Assembly: GCF_001194135.2 (NCBI RefSeq) | Contig: NC_068989.1 | Coordinates: 56,370,089-56,434,088 of the forward strand | DNA: 64,000 nucleotides | Source: Octopus bimaculoides | Taxonomy: Eukaryota | Reading direction: 5' to 3' | Shown: positions 38,307 through 51,587 of the stretch, piece by piece | How positions within the stretch are numbered: position 1 is the first letter of the stretch | Layout: each line of letters starts with the position of its first letter | Made by a program: the position numbers and the translations under genes | Notes under the pieces: generated by a model | The model's database searches: none | What the model was told of the DNA's origin: nothing | Seen by the model: only the letters and a program-made list of their open reading frames with translations

Positions 38307-39532
38307 TGAGGCCTGATCAATTAATATCTGGACTGGTGCTATAAAAACAAAATGACATGTACCAATTTGGCATTTAATCTCCTTCAAAGTAGTCCCCTTT
38401 GGAAATCACACAATCCATCGCTGTTTCCATTGATGGAAGCATTCCTGGAACTCATTTTCTGGGATAATCAGCAGCTACCTCATAGCATTCCCTTTGATTT
38501 CCTCGATGTCCTGAAATCTTTCTTTCAAGTGGGATTTGATTTTTGGAAAGAAGAAAAAGTCGCAAAGGGTGAGATCTGGGGAATACAGAAACTGTCGGAT
38601 CTGAGGAATGCTGTGCCTAGCCAAAAATTGCTGCACGAGCTGCGCTGAATGGGCAGGTGCATTGTCATGGTGCAATTGCCACTCACCGGATGCATGCAAT
38701 TGTGGCCTTTTCCGACAAATAACATCTCACAAACACCGCAAAACGTCACGGCAGTACTCATTTTCTGTCTGACCAGGTGGAGCATGCTCATGATGAACAA
38801 TCTCCTTGTAGTCGAAGAAAATGGTTGCATTACTTTGATTCATTCATGCGTTCTTTGATCTCGGAGAGATTGGGGTCTTCCATTGTGAAGACTGAGCCTT
38901 TGTTTCTGGGTCATAGCCATAGACCCATGATTCATCACTTGTTAAGACTGTTTTCAAAAAGTTTTCATCGTTCTCAACACAATCAAGGAGATCTTGAGCA
39001 ACTGAAACCTGAGTGTTGTTTTGGTCAGCTGAAAGCAGTTTTGGCACAAACTTGGCAGACACGCATCTCATACCCAAATCTTCTGTGATAATGGACTGAA
39101 CTGAACCATAGCTAATCTGTACATCCTCTGATAACTCATGGATGGTGATCTGACAATTTCTCCTCACAGCTGCACGCACATCTGCGATGCTTTTCTCAGT
39201 TCTGCTTGTTGTGGGTCTCCCAGAATGTTTGATATTTTTTCGGTCATACACTTTTTGCAACTTTACGTAGGTCTCTGAGCAGGTATTGCCAAGCTTTTGG
39301 CAAAATTTGATGCAAATTCTCTGCTCAACTTTCTCAGTCTTGATCAATACGATGATCCCACACTACATACTTTCCTTCCAAGCACTGCTGTAAACAGAAG
39401 TGAGCTAGAACGTTAAAACTTAGTGTGCATGCACAGCAGAGTTCAAGGTCAAACTGTGCCAAGCAGTTTTACTCTGCATGCTTTAGCTTCGTTACTATGG
39501 CAACAGTCTGGATACTTATTGATCAGACCATA
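38307..39532 (-). mobile_element. Mariner (DD34D) element, near full length but frameshifted, TA TSD
   Basis: TIRs ta|tgaggcctgatcaattaatatctggact and the reverse complement ta|tatggtctgatcaataagtatccagact. Motifs EQRICIKFC, SAKFVPKLL, TSDESWVYGYDPETK, LHHDNAPAH, YSPDLTLCDFFFFPKIK, GDYFEG. Confidence 0.9.
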
Positions 39533-40239
39533 TATTTTGAGATATCAAAAGATAAAAATTCCACCATTTGTTTATCTAACTTCTTTCACTTTTTCTCTCC
39601 CCCTCACACCTTTATTTATAAATATTTTCCTTTTAATCATGCTCTAAGCATTAGCCTCATATACCAAATTAAGTATGATGAATCAACAGAAACATTCAAG
39701 TGTTTGACAAAAATACCTTGAAGAATTTGATTTGGTTCTTTATTTTATATTCTAAGAGCTCAACCAGGCATGGTATGTTTATCTATATCTAATAAAAAAA
39801 AAGGGGTGGGGAGCCCTTTTGTGCATTTGTATGAAAATAATTCCATGACAAGCACACAGCACATGTTGTTAAGGCGGTCATGAAAAACCATTCATTGAGC
39901 TGATAGTACAAGGAAGACAAACTAAATGAGTTTGCTCCACTAAACCAGTTTATGTGGTAAAATATAAATAAATAAATAAAGAAAGAAAGAAAGAAGAAAA
40001 TAATAACACTGCATGGTAGAGGTGGAAGAAAAGTTGTGAAGTAGTAGGGTGAGGATATATATAAAGTAGAAGTAGGCCAAAAGAAGTTTTGGCATGAAGT
40101 GGCTTGGTCAAATCTCATAAGGTTTGGTGTTCTAAATGAAAATGGTCCAAGACTGAGTTATCTACCTAATTAAAACCATACATTAAATTATTGAGAAATT
40201 GATTAGAGGATATATATGTTGACTTGGCAAAGGTGAATA

Positions 40240-41282
40240 ATAATAATAATAATTCCTTTTAATTTTGACACAAAGCCAGCAATCTCAAAGGGAAGGGGAA
40301 GTCGGTTACATTGACTCTAGCGCTCAACTGGTACTTATTTCATTGACCCCAGAGCTCAACTGGTACTTATTTCATCGACTCCTAAAAGATGAAAGGCAAA
40401 GTTGATCTTGGTGACATTTGAACTCAGAACATAAAGACGGACAACATTACAACTAGCCATTTTGCCCGGTGTGCTAAAGATTCTGCGAGTTCACCACAAC
40501 AATAATAATAATCATTTCAAATTTTGGAACAACACCAGAAATTTCAGGGGAGTGATATGTCGATTATATTGACCCAAGTGTTTACCTAGTACTTATTTTA
40601 TTGACCTTAAAGTCGACCTCAGTGGAATTTGAACTCAGAATGTAAAGACAGAGGAAATGACACTAAATCGGTTTCAAATGTTGGCACAAAGCCAGCAACT
40701 TCAGGGGAGTGGGGGGTAAGTTAATTACATTAACCCCAGTACTCAACTGGTACTCATTTTATCGACACTGAGAGGATGAAAAGTAAAGTCGACATTGGCA
40801 GAATTTGAACTCAGAACACAAAGAGGGACGAAATGCCACTAAGCATTTTGCCTGGCATGCTCATATGTTTGTACTGCACATTATGTCACTCCCTCCATCA
40901 AATCAATGTTGTCTGAACAGGTGTGCTGTGTACCACGTATCAGATGTCGAAGTGATTGCAGAGCAATGGGAAACAAAGTATTTTGGTCAAGAACACAATG
41001 CACTCCTTGAAACCACAATCTCACAATCATGAGTGCAACACCCTAACCACCAGGCCATTATAATAACAATCTTTTCTACTAAAAGCACAAGGCCTGAAAT
41101 TTGTAGGGAGGGACTAGTTGATTACATTGACCCCAATGTTTCACTGGTACGTAATTCATTGACCTCGAAAAAATGAAAGGCAAAGTTGACCTCGGTGGAA
41201 TTTGAACTCAGAGTATGAAGACAGATGAAATACTGCTGAGCATTTCGCCTGGTGTAAAAACGATTCTGCCAGTTTGCCACCT

Positions 41283-41320
<38 letters not shown>

Positions 41321-41420
41321 CCTGAAATTTTGGGGGAGGGGACTAGTCCATCACATCAACCCCAGTGTTTCACTGGTACTTAATTTATCGTCCTCGAAAG
41401 GATGAAAGGCAAAGTTGTCT
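40240..41420 (-). mobile_element. Second head-to-tail array of about 5 (ATT)n-tailed SINEs plus one family C SINE
   Basis: Units begin near 40250, 40510, 40670, 41070 and 41320, each starting after taataat. Confidence 0.8.
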
Positions 41421-42344
41421 GTCCTTATTTCCACTCTAGCACAAGGTGGACGGATCTACAATACAAGACTGTTCCATTCATCTCATCTGTGAAGCCTAGT
41501 ACTCGGATATCTAATCTCACTATTTCATTCCATGTCTTCCTTGGTTACCCTTAGCCAGAGACACTATCTAATATCAACTCCCAACACTTTTTTAACATGG
41601 CATGCATTCTCCATTTACACTGCATGTCTCTATACTAATGCAGTTTAGTTTTTTTTGCATACATTACCTTAGTGCATGTAAGCACACATGCCCCATGCAT
41701 GCGAATAATACCCACACAACAGCTTAACTACAATTGCCCTCAACTTTGTATGTAAATTCAATTATCATCATCATCATCATTTATACTATTTGAGGTCGGT
41801 TTCCATTTATAAATTCTTCCATCCCTATCACTGCTGAAAAACACCTTTCTACCACTAGAACCGGCACCACACTCAACTATCTCTTCACATTCTCTGGAAC
41901 TACTGCTTATACCTTACCACCATCACCACAACCAGTATCAGTCCCACCAAAACCACCACCACCGCCAGCACAATCAGCAGTACCACCACCACTAGCACTA
42001 CTACCACCTCTTTACCATCACTGAAAGTACGACTCACCTCTCATCACCACAACCACCAACCCTAGTCCTAACCCCACCACCACCACCATTGGCCTTCCAC
42101 CCTCCATCCCCCTGAAAAACATAAACCCAGCTTCATACACAGCTGACATCACATCCACATCCTTCCACTATTCACCAGATGCAGCTGCACAACCACCCCG
42201 AACCTACCCACCGCCCTACACCACCCACTCCAAAAGCCTGGTTCCAAAAACAAACAGATTTAAAAGAGGCACCTACTCAATAAACCATTTCCCTTTGTGC
42301 CAACAAGGGAGCTATGACCTGCTAGAAATGATAGCTAAATCTTT

Positions 42345-42690
42345 TTTCAAATCATACCACTTAACAGTTGTGTGGGTTCAAATTCCATCCCACTGTGTGG
42401 CACATTGGACAAGTGTTTTCTATAGCCCCAGTCTGTCCAATACTTTGAGAGTGAATTTAGTTGATGGAAACTGTGGAAGTTCATTCTATGTATATGTATA
42501 TGTGTGTGTGTGTGTGTGTGTTGCCCCCACTGCTTGAAAACTGGCGTTGGTTTGTTTATACCCTTGTAACTTAGAGGTTCAATAAAAGACACTGCTAGAA
42601 TAAATAGCAGACTCAGAATAAAGCACTAGGTCAATTTATTTGACAAAATCCTTCAAGGCGGTGCCCCAGCATGGCCACAGTCTAATAACT
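42345..42690 (+). mobile_element. tRNA-derived SINE (family A)
   Basis: caaccac..gggttcaaattcc..ctgtgtggcac.ttggacaagtgt...gtgccccagcatggcc. Confidence 0.75.
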
Positions 42691-42715
42691 GTGATGAATA
42701 TAAAAATTAACAGGA

Positions 42716-42885
42716 GAAAAACAAGGCGAAGAAGAAGGTAAAGAAAAAGGTGATGGTGGTGAAGAAGAAGAGGAAGAAGGTGAAGGAGAAGAGGAAGAAG
42801 GTGAAGAAGAAGAAGAGGAAGAAGGTGAAGGAGAAGAGGAAGAAGGTGAAGAAGAAGAAGAAGAAGAAGAACAACAACAACAACT
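42716..42885 (+). repeat. Compound (GAA/GAG/GGT)n purine repeat with a duplicated ~42-45-bp higher-order unit
   Basis: gaagaagaagaggaagaaggtgaaggagaagaggaagaaggt occurs twice, followed by (gaa)n(caa)n. Confidence 0.85.
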
Positions 42886-44335
42886 TCAACTGCAGCCAAC
42901 CAGCAACATATTCAACACCAAAATCTACAGACAGAGAAATGGAGTGCACAATAGAGAAAGTACATGTCAAAACTGCAGTACTGCACCATATGCAACTAAA
43001 CACTGCATGCCATAATGTGCACTACAGGGGGGGCCTCATCTGCAGCTATGGACTGCACTTAGTTGCTTGGGTGACATATCAACATGCCCTAGAATTGCTC
43101 ACTTGTACAGCAGGTAGATGATACCATCTGTGTATGAGCATGTGTATATTTTTTTGTGGAGGTGTGACAAGATTGCTGTTGTTGTTTAGCCTTGGGTTGG
43201 CGGTGATTAAGCAGACCTACTTACAATCAAAAGCAATCCAGCCAAGACCACATTGCCTAACTTGTTTTCTTTTTCCAACACAGTAGCGCGAGATTGGAGG
43301 AGATTTGGCTTCTATTTCTAGCAGAATGAGTGACCACCCAGAGGCTCAGTGTGAAGATGTTGGCAGTGGTGGTTGCAGCAGTAACAGTAGTGATGGTAAC
43401 AAATGTGGGGGTGGGGAGAGGCTGGTGGTGGGGTTGTGATGGTGATGGATTGGAAGATGAACAAACCTGTGGGGATGGAGGAGGAGGAGGAGGAAGCAGG
43501 GGTTATAGCATAACATCAGTTTATAAATATTTAAGCATGTAACTGGTTTACACCTGTATTTCTTATGACATGCATGCAGTTCATAACATCATCATCATCA
43601 TCTCACCGTCTACTTTTGTAAATGTCGTAAGGACAAATTAAAACAGAGAAGAAACCGTTAGGCTCGCTCCAATTTGGCAGTCATTGTTGTTTAGCCCCAG
43701 GTCAGCCTTCATCAAGTAGATCAGTGGCTAAAGGCACCCCAGTCATGACAGTGTGTCTAAGACTACATTATCTAATGTGTGCTCTTAGGTGTGATTTGAG
43801 GAGGATTTGGCTGCTATTTCTGGTAGGTTGTGTGACCCTGTAGAGGCTACCTTGTTGGTTTAATGGAGGATCAATAATAAAAGGTAGAGGGTGAGAATGT
43901 GGTGGTGGAGTGGAGAATGTTTTATAAAAGAGCAGTAATCAAAGAGGCAAAGAGGGGGGGGGTGAGAGAGAGAGATAGAGAGAATGAGAGGGTTAGAGAA
44001 AGAGATGGGTTAAAGAAAAAGTGAAGAAGGAGAGAACAACAAACAAAACTATGGAATAAAAACAAAGTAAACCTGCTTTTACTTCTAGTTGTCAGATTAA
44101 ATAAATGATGATGGCGGTGATGGTGATGGTGTTCATTTACCAATTTGAGTTCTGTAGCCACAATATCTAGAGTTGGTGCTAGTCACAGAAATAATGTGGT
44201 TGTGGTGGCTTACATCCTTTTCCACCCTTAAGATGTAACTAACATTAAGGAGATTTGTTTGAGATTCTCAACTGTAGGATTTCACCACTATAACACCACT
44301 AGAAGTTGATCAAATCAATTGCTGGTCACTGCTGG

Positions 44336-44803
44336 GAATGAATTTTCATCTCCCTCTGATATTTATTGCATTTTTAACACAGCAAGTGCATAAGAGACGC
44401 TTTCTCAGGAAAAAATACTGCAGCAACTGACTTATTGACAATGTGTAAACATTAAGTATGTGATATAAAGTGTTATTTCAATTAAATACTGCCTCAGCTG
44501 TGTGTACTGGATTTTAAATCAGGTGGATGGCCATTTGCAACATCAGTGAATGTTATATTCAGTTTTTCCTATATCAAAGACAGTATTCTGAAAGTGCCCC
44601 AAATGGCTGAAATGCATCCTGTGCTTTTGCAGGTTGTTGTTGGCATGAATTTTCATCTCTTTCTCTCTCTGATATTTGTTGTTTTTAACTCAGCAAGTCC
44701 ATAAGAGACGTCTCAGGACAAACATTGCACTAACTGGCATATCGACAGTGTATATACATTTTGTATGATACATAGGTCCCTATTTTAATTAAATACTGCC
44801 TCA
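44336..44803. repeat. Old direct duplication of a ~160-bp unit (period ~309 bp)
   Basis: atgaattttcatctc...cagcaagt.cataagagacg...aattaaatactgcctcag appears twice. Confidence 0.75.
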
Positions 44804-47476
44804 GTATTTAATTAAACTAAAAGAGCAGTGATCAAAGATACACAAACATGCACATACACATATATATACAAGCATCTCCTATATTATGAAAACCCAGGTT
44901 ACAGAATTCCAAACTTACAGAAGACAGCAAAGCATGACCACTAACTTTAGGATATAATTCTACCTTTATGGAAACTTGGTTTTATTTTACCAATTTAAAA
45001 TGCTAAAAATTGCCACCACCACTGTCTCTGTTTTTAATCTTCAATTTCTCATACTTGCAATGAGACAGATAATTCACTGGGTAAAGTATCTACAGCCAGA
45101 TGCTCTTCCTACCAGGGCAGGACATATTTTCATAGAAGATAGGGAATGAACAACACTGCTTATATGATGGTAACACTTGTTTACAACTATTGCATGATGT
45201 CAAGAAAAGGAGACCCAAGCACACACACACACATAATGAACTTCTTTCATTTACAATCATACATAATCCATTCAGTGTTTTAGTAGTCTTGGACCTATAT
45301 TAGGAGACACTTGCCAAGAGTGTCATGCAGTGGAACTGAACCCAAAACCATGAGCTGGAATGAAAATCTTCACCCAACAGCCATGCCTGCACCAGATATA
45401 TATATATATATACACGTGTGTGTGTGTGGGATGAAGTATAGAAGGCTGATCTCAAATTGCAGAAACCTTATGAAGGAGATAACAGAGGGTTGCGATATGT
45501 GGTGCATTGCTGTACTTGAGATGACCCACTCAGCACAACAAAACAGAGATCCTAAAACCAAGGTGCCATGCAAAAAAGCATTGGTGTGGGTGCTGGTGGC
45601 ATGTAAAAAAAACCCAGTACACTCGAGACCATGCCAAAACAGATTATGGAGCCTGGTGTAGCCCCTGGTATTACTGGCTCCTGTCAAACCACCCAACCAC
45701 GCCAGCATGAAAAATGGATGTTAAATGTTGTTGTTGATGATGATATGTATAATAATAATAATTTTTTTTTTATCATAAATGATCTTAACATTCTTTTTAC
45801 TTTATATAAAATATTCTTTACATTCTACTGTTGTTTTATTGCTATTTATTTACAAATATTATAAATTTTATAGGTAAAATATTTTTCTTGGAACGAATTA
45901 CAATTTATAACATTGCTACTATGGAAAATCATTGCTCTATTTTACAAGCTTTTGCTTTACAAGCAGTCTCTGGGAATAAATTAACTTGTATATCAAGGCA
46001 TTACTATAATTTACTAATTCAGGTATCTACATAAAAGCTTCCATAATGAACTGATTTCATATAATGTAGAGGAAGTGGTCCTTCAAAAACAAAAAAAAAA
46101 ACATCCCTCAACACAAGTTACCTTTAAGTAGATGAAAGGAAATATCAAAATGACAGGAGAGTTTTTAACTCAGATCAAAAATAACATAAAGCAATGAACT
46201 AGATATACTAAATCTCATGGCCTAGATCTCTGTCAATAACACAGGAAAGTTTGTGTAGTGAACCATGATTATGAAGGTATGTAATATACAGTTATACATA
46301 TACACATACACATACAGAGAACCATCCATCATAATGCATATATTCAAGTAAGCACTAGATAAAATTAGTACTCACTACAAGAGGCAGACTTTATAGGTTA
46401 TGTTTTGAGGCTGAATCTTCACAAATTCACAGATCTCTAGTTCCTTTTTATATACATTTGTTCTTTCCTTTTTATGGTTATTTTCTCATATTGGCATAGG
46501 TTGGATTGCACAAGTATTTATTTGAGGTAGTTTATTTATATCTGTACTTCCTTGAAAATCACTGAGCTACAAGTAGTTACACTCCTGTCACTTGCTCTGT
46601 CAACAAATCGTTTGCTGGCTCTGCACCTTTGTAAACATGTGGAATGAGATGTCCTTAACTTGTAAAACAGCTAAGGGTTAGTGACATGGAGTGCATCTGG
46701 CTTTAAAACAATGCCTCAGTAATATATACATCTAAGCCATACATTGAACAAAAAAAAAAGGATGTAAAAATAAGCAAATATACACATACATATTTCCCTA
46801 AACTCATCCCTTATCAACTGTGAAAGGATGAAAACTAAGTTCACCTGGGAGAGATTTGAGCTCAGACACAAATTAATCAAAACAAATACTGTAGTGCATT
46901 CTCTGCAACCCTCTAACAACTCTGCCTGTTCCCCTTATCTGTTACTTGTGGTAATGCTGTGGGCACTGCCCTGAAGGGGTTTTGTCAAACAGTTTGACTC
47001 CAGTATCTATTTTTTATATTTTGCACTCATTTCTATTGGTTTCTTTTGCTTACATGGATGTAAACAAACCAACTCCAGCTGTCAAGTGGTGGTGCCGACG
47101 AAAACAAAAACACACACATACATACATTCACAAGGCATTGGTCATCTAGAGGACACTTGCAAAAAGTGCTGCATAGTTGGACTGAACCCAAAACCACATG
47201 GTAGCAAAGCAGGTGATGACAAGAATAGATGGTGGTGGGGTGTGAAGGTATAAACTGGATAGCAGGTGACTTTGGAAGAATATTAACAAAAACAAAATCC
47301 ATGGGAGGGGTGCTTGCATCAGGTTTATACAGGAAGTTGGGTCTTCTGCAACAAAGACCATTGCCAGTTGACATGGTATTCAGTCATCTTCATCAGATAA
47401 AACATCTTGAAATAATTCTTCATCATCTCTTCCTGAGTCTTTCTTGGTCTCCCGTGTGTGTTTGTGTGTGTAAATA

Positions 47477-48520
47477 TCTATATATATAAAACTGAGAATG
47501 TGTGTCTGTCTGTCAATCTGTATAAGTGCATCACTAAAAGTCAAGAACTACCCAACTGATTTCATTCAAATTTTACACATGCCTTACTTAGGGTCCATGC
47601 AGTGTCATGGGCCAAAATAGTTTTCAACTTTTTGCCCAAACCAAGCCCGGAGCAGTCTCTTCTCTCTTACACTATTTCAGTATTATGTGTCAAAAGTGAA
47701 ACAATAACATCTCTATTGTAATGTGAGATAATACTTTCACTATTATCTCACATATATACATGCATACACACGCATATATACATCTGCACATATACATGTA
47801 TATATATATAGATTTATATGTATATCTACGTATATATAGTTGAAAAATTTCGTTACAGGTATAAATATACCATAAACAATTATAGAAAATGGAGGAAAAA
47901 ACGATGTTGATCAATGTTTCTTTCCTTGTTAAGTTCTCTTTGGTTTTTTTCTCTGCACGTATGTACATTTTTACTTAAATATTGTAACTTTTTTCAAACA
48001 TAGTCTTGCTTATCACTTTTTAGCCTCGTGTAAAATATATATATATATATATTTTCTTTTTGCAATATTAATATGTATATGTATAACTCTCTATGGTCTT
48101 TTTTCTACTAGTCCACATGTAATGTTATATTCTATACACACGTGACCCTGTTTATTATACTTTGTCTCAACCTGTTAACATTTTTTTAAACATATCCATT
48201 AAATTTTTATTCTTATTTTTATGTTATAGTTTACCGCACATATGGACACTGATATGTCTATTTTTTTTCTCTTTCATCTGTCTTACTATTATTATTACTG
48301 TTATTTTTACCCTTTTACAACTTGCTTGTAAATATCCGATTTTTTTCCCTATTACTACATTTGTATTCTCCCTTATTCTATCTTATTTTATCAAACCTTT
48401 TTTGATGTCCTTTTTTCCTACATATGTATGTATATATACGTGTATATATATATATGTATGTATATATATGCATAAATATATGTATGCATGTATATATGTG
48501 TACATATATATGTATGTATA

Positions 48521-48572
<52 letters not shown>

Positions 48573-48663
48573 GATTTATATGTATATATAAGTATTTATG
48601 TGTGTGTATATATATATATATATATATAGATGTGTATATGTATAGATGTTTATATACATACAT

Positions 48664-48694
<31 letters not shown>

Positions 48695-49225
48695 CTTGTA
48701 GGTATATATGTGTATATAGATATGTATATATATAAGATTCAGTAGGGTATATAATACCACGTGCTAAAATCAGAGTCATTGCTACAAAAACCAATATAAA
48801 AATTACAATAAATTACGCATGTATGTTTATCATAATTTTTATGGTTGTTTTTGGAGCAATGACTCTGATTTTAGCAAGTGGTATTATATACACTACAGAA
48901 TCTTAAATTACTTTACTTTGTGCCTGTAAAGGTGTGAACTTGCTAGCCACTTTATTATAACTATAAATAACGGTAATAATACTTCTTTATTTAAATTTTT
49001 TGTTTACGATAGTTTCTTTTAAACAGAGCGGGATGTTTAAAGTAAGGAACACACAGGAGCTAATGCAGTGAATATTTTAGAAATAAGTGTTAAGTGTTAT
49101 TTTCAACTGAAGGTCGCAGAGTATGTTTGTCATGCAAAGTGTGAAGTCAATTGGTATTGAAATATACATTACTTACTGATGTATTCAAAGCAAAAGTAAG
49201 CCTATTTCTGATATGTTCATGGCAT

Positions 49226-49262
<37 letters not shown>

Positions 49263-50112
49263 NNNNNNNNNNNNNNNNNNNNNNNNNNNNNNNNNNNNNN
49301 NNNNNNNNNNNNNNNNNNNNNNNNNNNNNNNNNNNNNNNNNNNNNNNNNNNNNNNNNNNNNNNNNNNNNNNNNNNNNNNNNNNNNNNNNNNNNNNNNNNN
49401 NNNNNNNNNNNNNNNNNNNNNNNNNNNNNNNNNNNNNNNNNNNNNNNNNNNNNNNNNNNNNNNNNNNNNNNNNNNNNNNNNNNNNNNNNNNNNNNNNNNN
49501 NNNNNNNNNNNNNNNNNNNNNNNNNNNNNNNNNNNNNNNNNNNNNNNNNNNNNNNNNNNNNNNNNNNNNNNNNNNNNNNNNNNNNNNNNNNNNNNNNNNN
49601 NNNNNNNNNNNNNNNNNNNNNNNNNNNNNNNNNNNNNNNNNNNNNNNNNNNNNATACATATCAAAATGTAATGTGAATCATTGGTGATTTTTTTTACCTC
49701 TGTCTTCCTTTTCTATTGGACATTCCTCTGTCTCCTGTTTCTGAAGAAGAGCTTTGAAATGTAAAACCACCTTTCTTTCCTTCCCTAAGTGTCTGCTAAT
49801 ACTTTACATGTGCCACGTCCTTGCGTTGTTGCTTTTTGGGATTTACCATTTATATATATATATGTATATATAGATGTGTGTGTGCGTGTGTGTCTGTGTT
49901 CTACCCCCACCATCGCTTGACAACCGATGTTGCTGTGTTTACATCCCCATAACTTAGCCGTATGCCAAAACACTCTGATAGAATAAATCCTGGGGTCAAT
50001 TTCTTCAACTAAAGCATTGCTCCAGCATGTCTGCAGTCACATGACCGAAACAAGTAAAACAATAAAAAACTATGCCATTTTAATTCTGAGCAATGCCGGG
50101 TATCTCTTCTAG
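47477..50112 (+). mobile_element. Putative composite non-autonomous Helitron-like element
   Basis: 5' A|TCTATATATATAAAACTGAG and 3' gagcaatgccgggtatctcttCTAG|T. That both ends belong to one element is inferred. Confidence 0.5.
48733..48905. mobile_element. Foldback element with 59-bp arms
   Basis: taagattcagtagggtatataataccacgtgctaaaatcagagtcattgctacaaaaac pairs with gtttttggagcaatgactctgattttagcaagtggtattatatacactacagaatctta. Confidence 0.8.
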
Positions 50113-50633
50113 TATATACACATACACATGTTTATATGATGGGCTTTCTGCAGTTTCCTTCTACTAAATTCCTTCAGAAAACAGTGATCAGCCTGGGACT
50201 ATAGTTGAAAACACTTCCTCAAAGTACAGAGCAATGGAACTGATCGAGAAATGATGTGGTTGTGATGTTAGCATCTTAATTATACTGCCAATATTTGCAT
50301 CTGGGCAGTAGTCAACCTGGTTACAAGAATACAGGATGTTTATGAACTAATTCTGATTACCATAGCCTAAAGCCTAAATTAAAGTTAGGATAATACACCA
50401 ATGAGGACGTGTATATGTGATCACTTGAGCTTCTAGAAATAGCATCCAAATTTCCCTAATCATCTGAAAAGAAGGACACATTAGATAACATGGTCCTCCA
50501 TATATTATACTTGAAAAATAATGGTAATGATCATGGTTTGAATGCCTTTGATTATAGGCCTGTTCAGTCAGAGTGACCACGGGTTAAACAATAACAACAG
50601 CTACCAAAGGGAAATATTTAAATGAGTACTGAC

Positions 50634-50731
50634 CTCATATCTTGAGGGGTTAAAAATATAAACTGGCGGGCTCGCTGTTCCTTTGCTACCTGCAACATCA
50701 TGTCCATACAGATTCGACGGTTGACCATATC
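50634..50731 (-). CDS. SMC6: SMC6 penultimate coding exon (D-loop to TPQ switch region), 98 nt, phase 0-2
   Basis: gttttgtttcctccag|GATATG...GATATGAG|gtcagt translates [32 protein letters not shown]+AG. It continues in frame from the upstream exon. The DMVNRRI and QFIxLTPQ motifs are characteristic of SMC6. Confidence 0.95.
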
Positions 50732-51022
50732 CTGGAGGAAACAAAATACAAAAACAAAATTACCATAAGGGAAAAAAGAAAATAGTAGAGCTGGGAGTGA
50801 TGGTGATAGCATTGATGATGGTGTTGATACTGCTGATAGTGGTGGTGGTGTTAATGGTGGTAGCATTGATGAGATGGTTGTGGTGGTGATAGTGTTGCTG
50901 CTGTTGGAGAAGGTAGTGCATGTGGAGATGATGCTTGAGTCAATATTGATGGATTCAGATGGTGTCAGTGGTGTTCACCACTTTTGAGTAAATTTAGTAA
51001 ATAAAAACTGAAAGAAGTCTGT

Positions 51023-51078
<56 letters not shown>

Positions 51079-51333
51079 TATGTATATATCAGAATTAAAA
51101 TGAGGAATCTGATAGAATCAGGTACTTGAAAGGTATGCACCAGGTAGGGTTGAGAAATGTCTGTGGTTCCGGTCAATAGTTGGTTGGAGTTGTGCACAGA
51201 GAAAACCAACCCTATGAGTATTCAGCACCGAAGGGACTTGTCCAATGTTACATGTTACTTTGAGTAGTAAGTTGTTGTATATTCTAGAGTGTCTGACAAG
51301 TTGTGAATTCCCTTGGTGTATTATAATCAAATG

Positions 51334-51587
51334 AAAAACTCACGATGGACAATTGTGTGCTCATTACAGCTGTTTCTTACGTAACTTTTAATAAAGAATT
51401 ACATCATTACAAAAGGCCGTAATCATCAGATGAGAATGTAATTTTTACAGAAAGAAGGAGTACCCCAGGAATGCAGCAGAGATGTGTTTGTTGAGGCTGA
51501 GCTATGAAAAAGGAATATACTCATTCTTCATAAAAGTTATGTAAGAAACAGCTGTAATGAGCAGACAATTGTCCATCATGAGTTTTT
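51334..51587. mobile_element. MITE with 57-bp TIRs (3 mismatches)
   Basis: aaaaactcacgatggacaattgtgtgctcattacagctgtttcttacgtaactttta at 51334-51390, inverse at 51531-51587. Confidence 0.8.

Larger units (their letters stand above)
28917..50633 (-). other. SMC6: SMC6 last coding intron, 21,717 bp, filled with TEs
   Basis: Bounded by GTCAGT donor (50633) and ACAG acceptor (28917). No other SMC6-like coding segment was seen between them. Confidence 0.8.

Noticed and set aside
42707-43121. Lys-rich, Glu-rich or Phe-rich ORFs (RPGR-ORF15-like acidic frame)
   Set aside because: These are frames of a (GAA)n compound repeat grown from a SINE tail. The Glu frame has a stop just upstream, no ATG, and no pyrimidine-tract acceptor.
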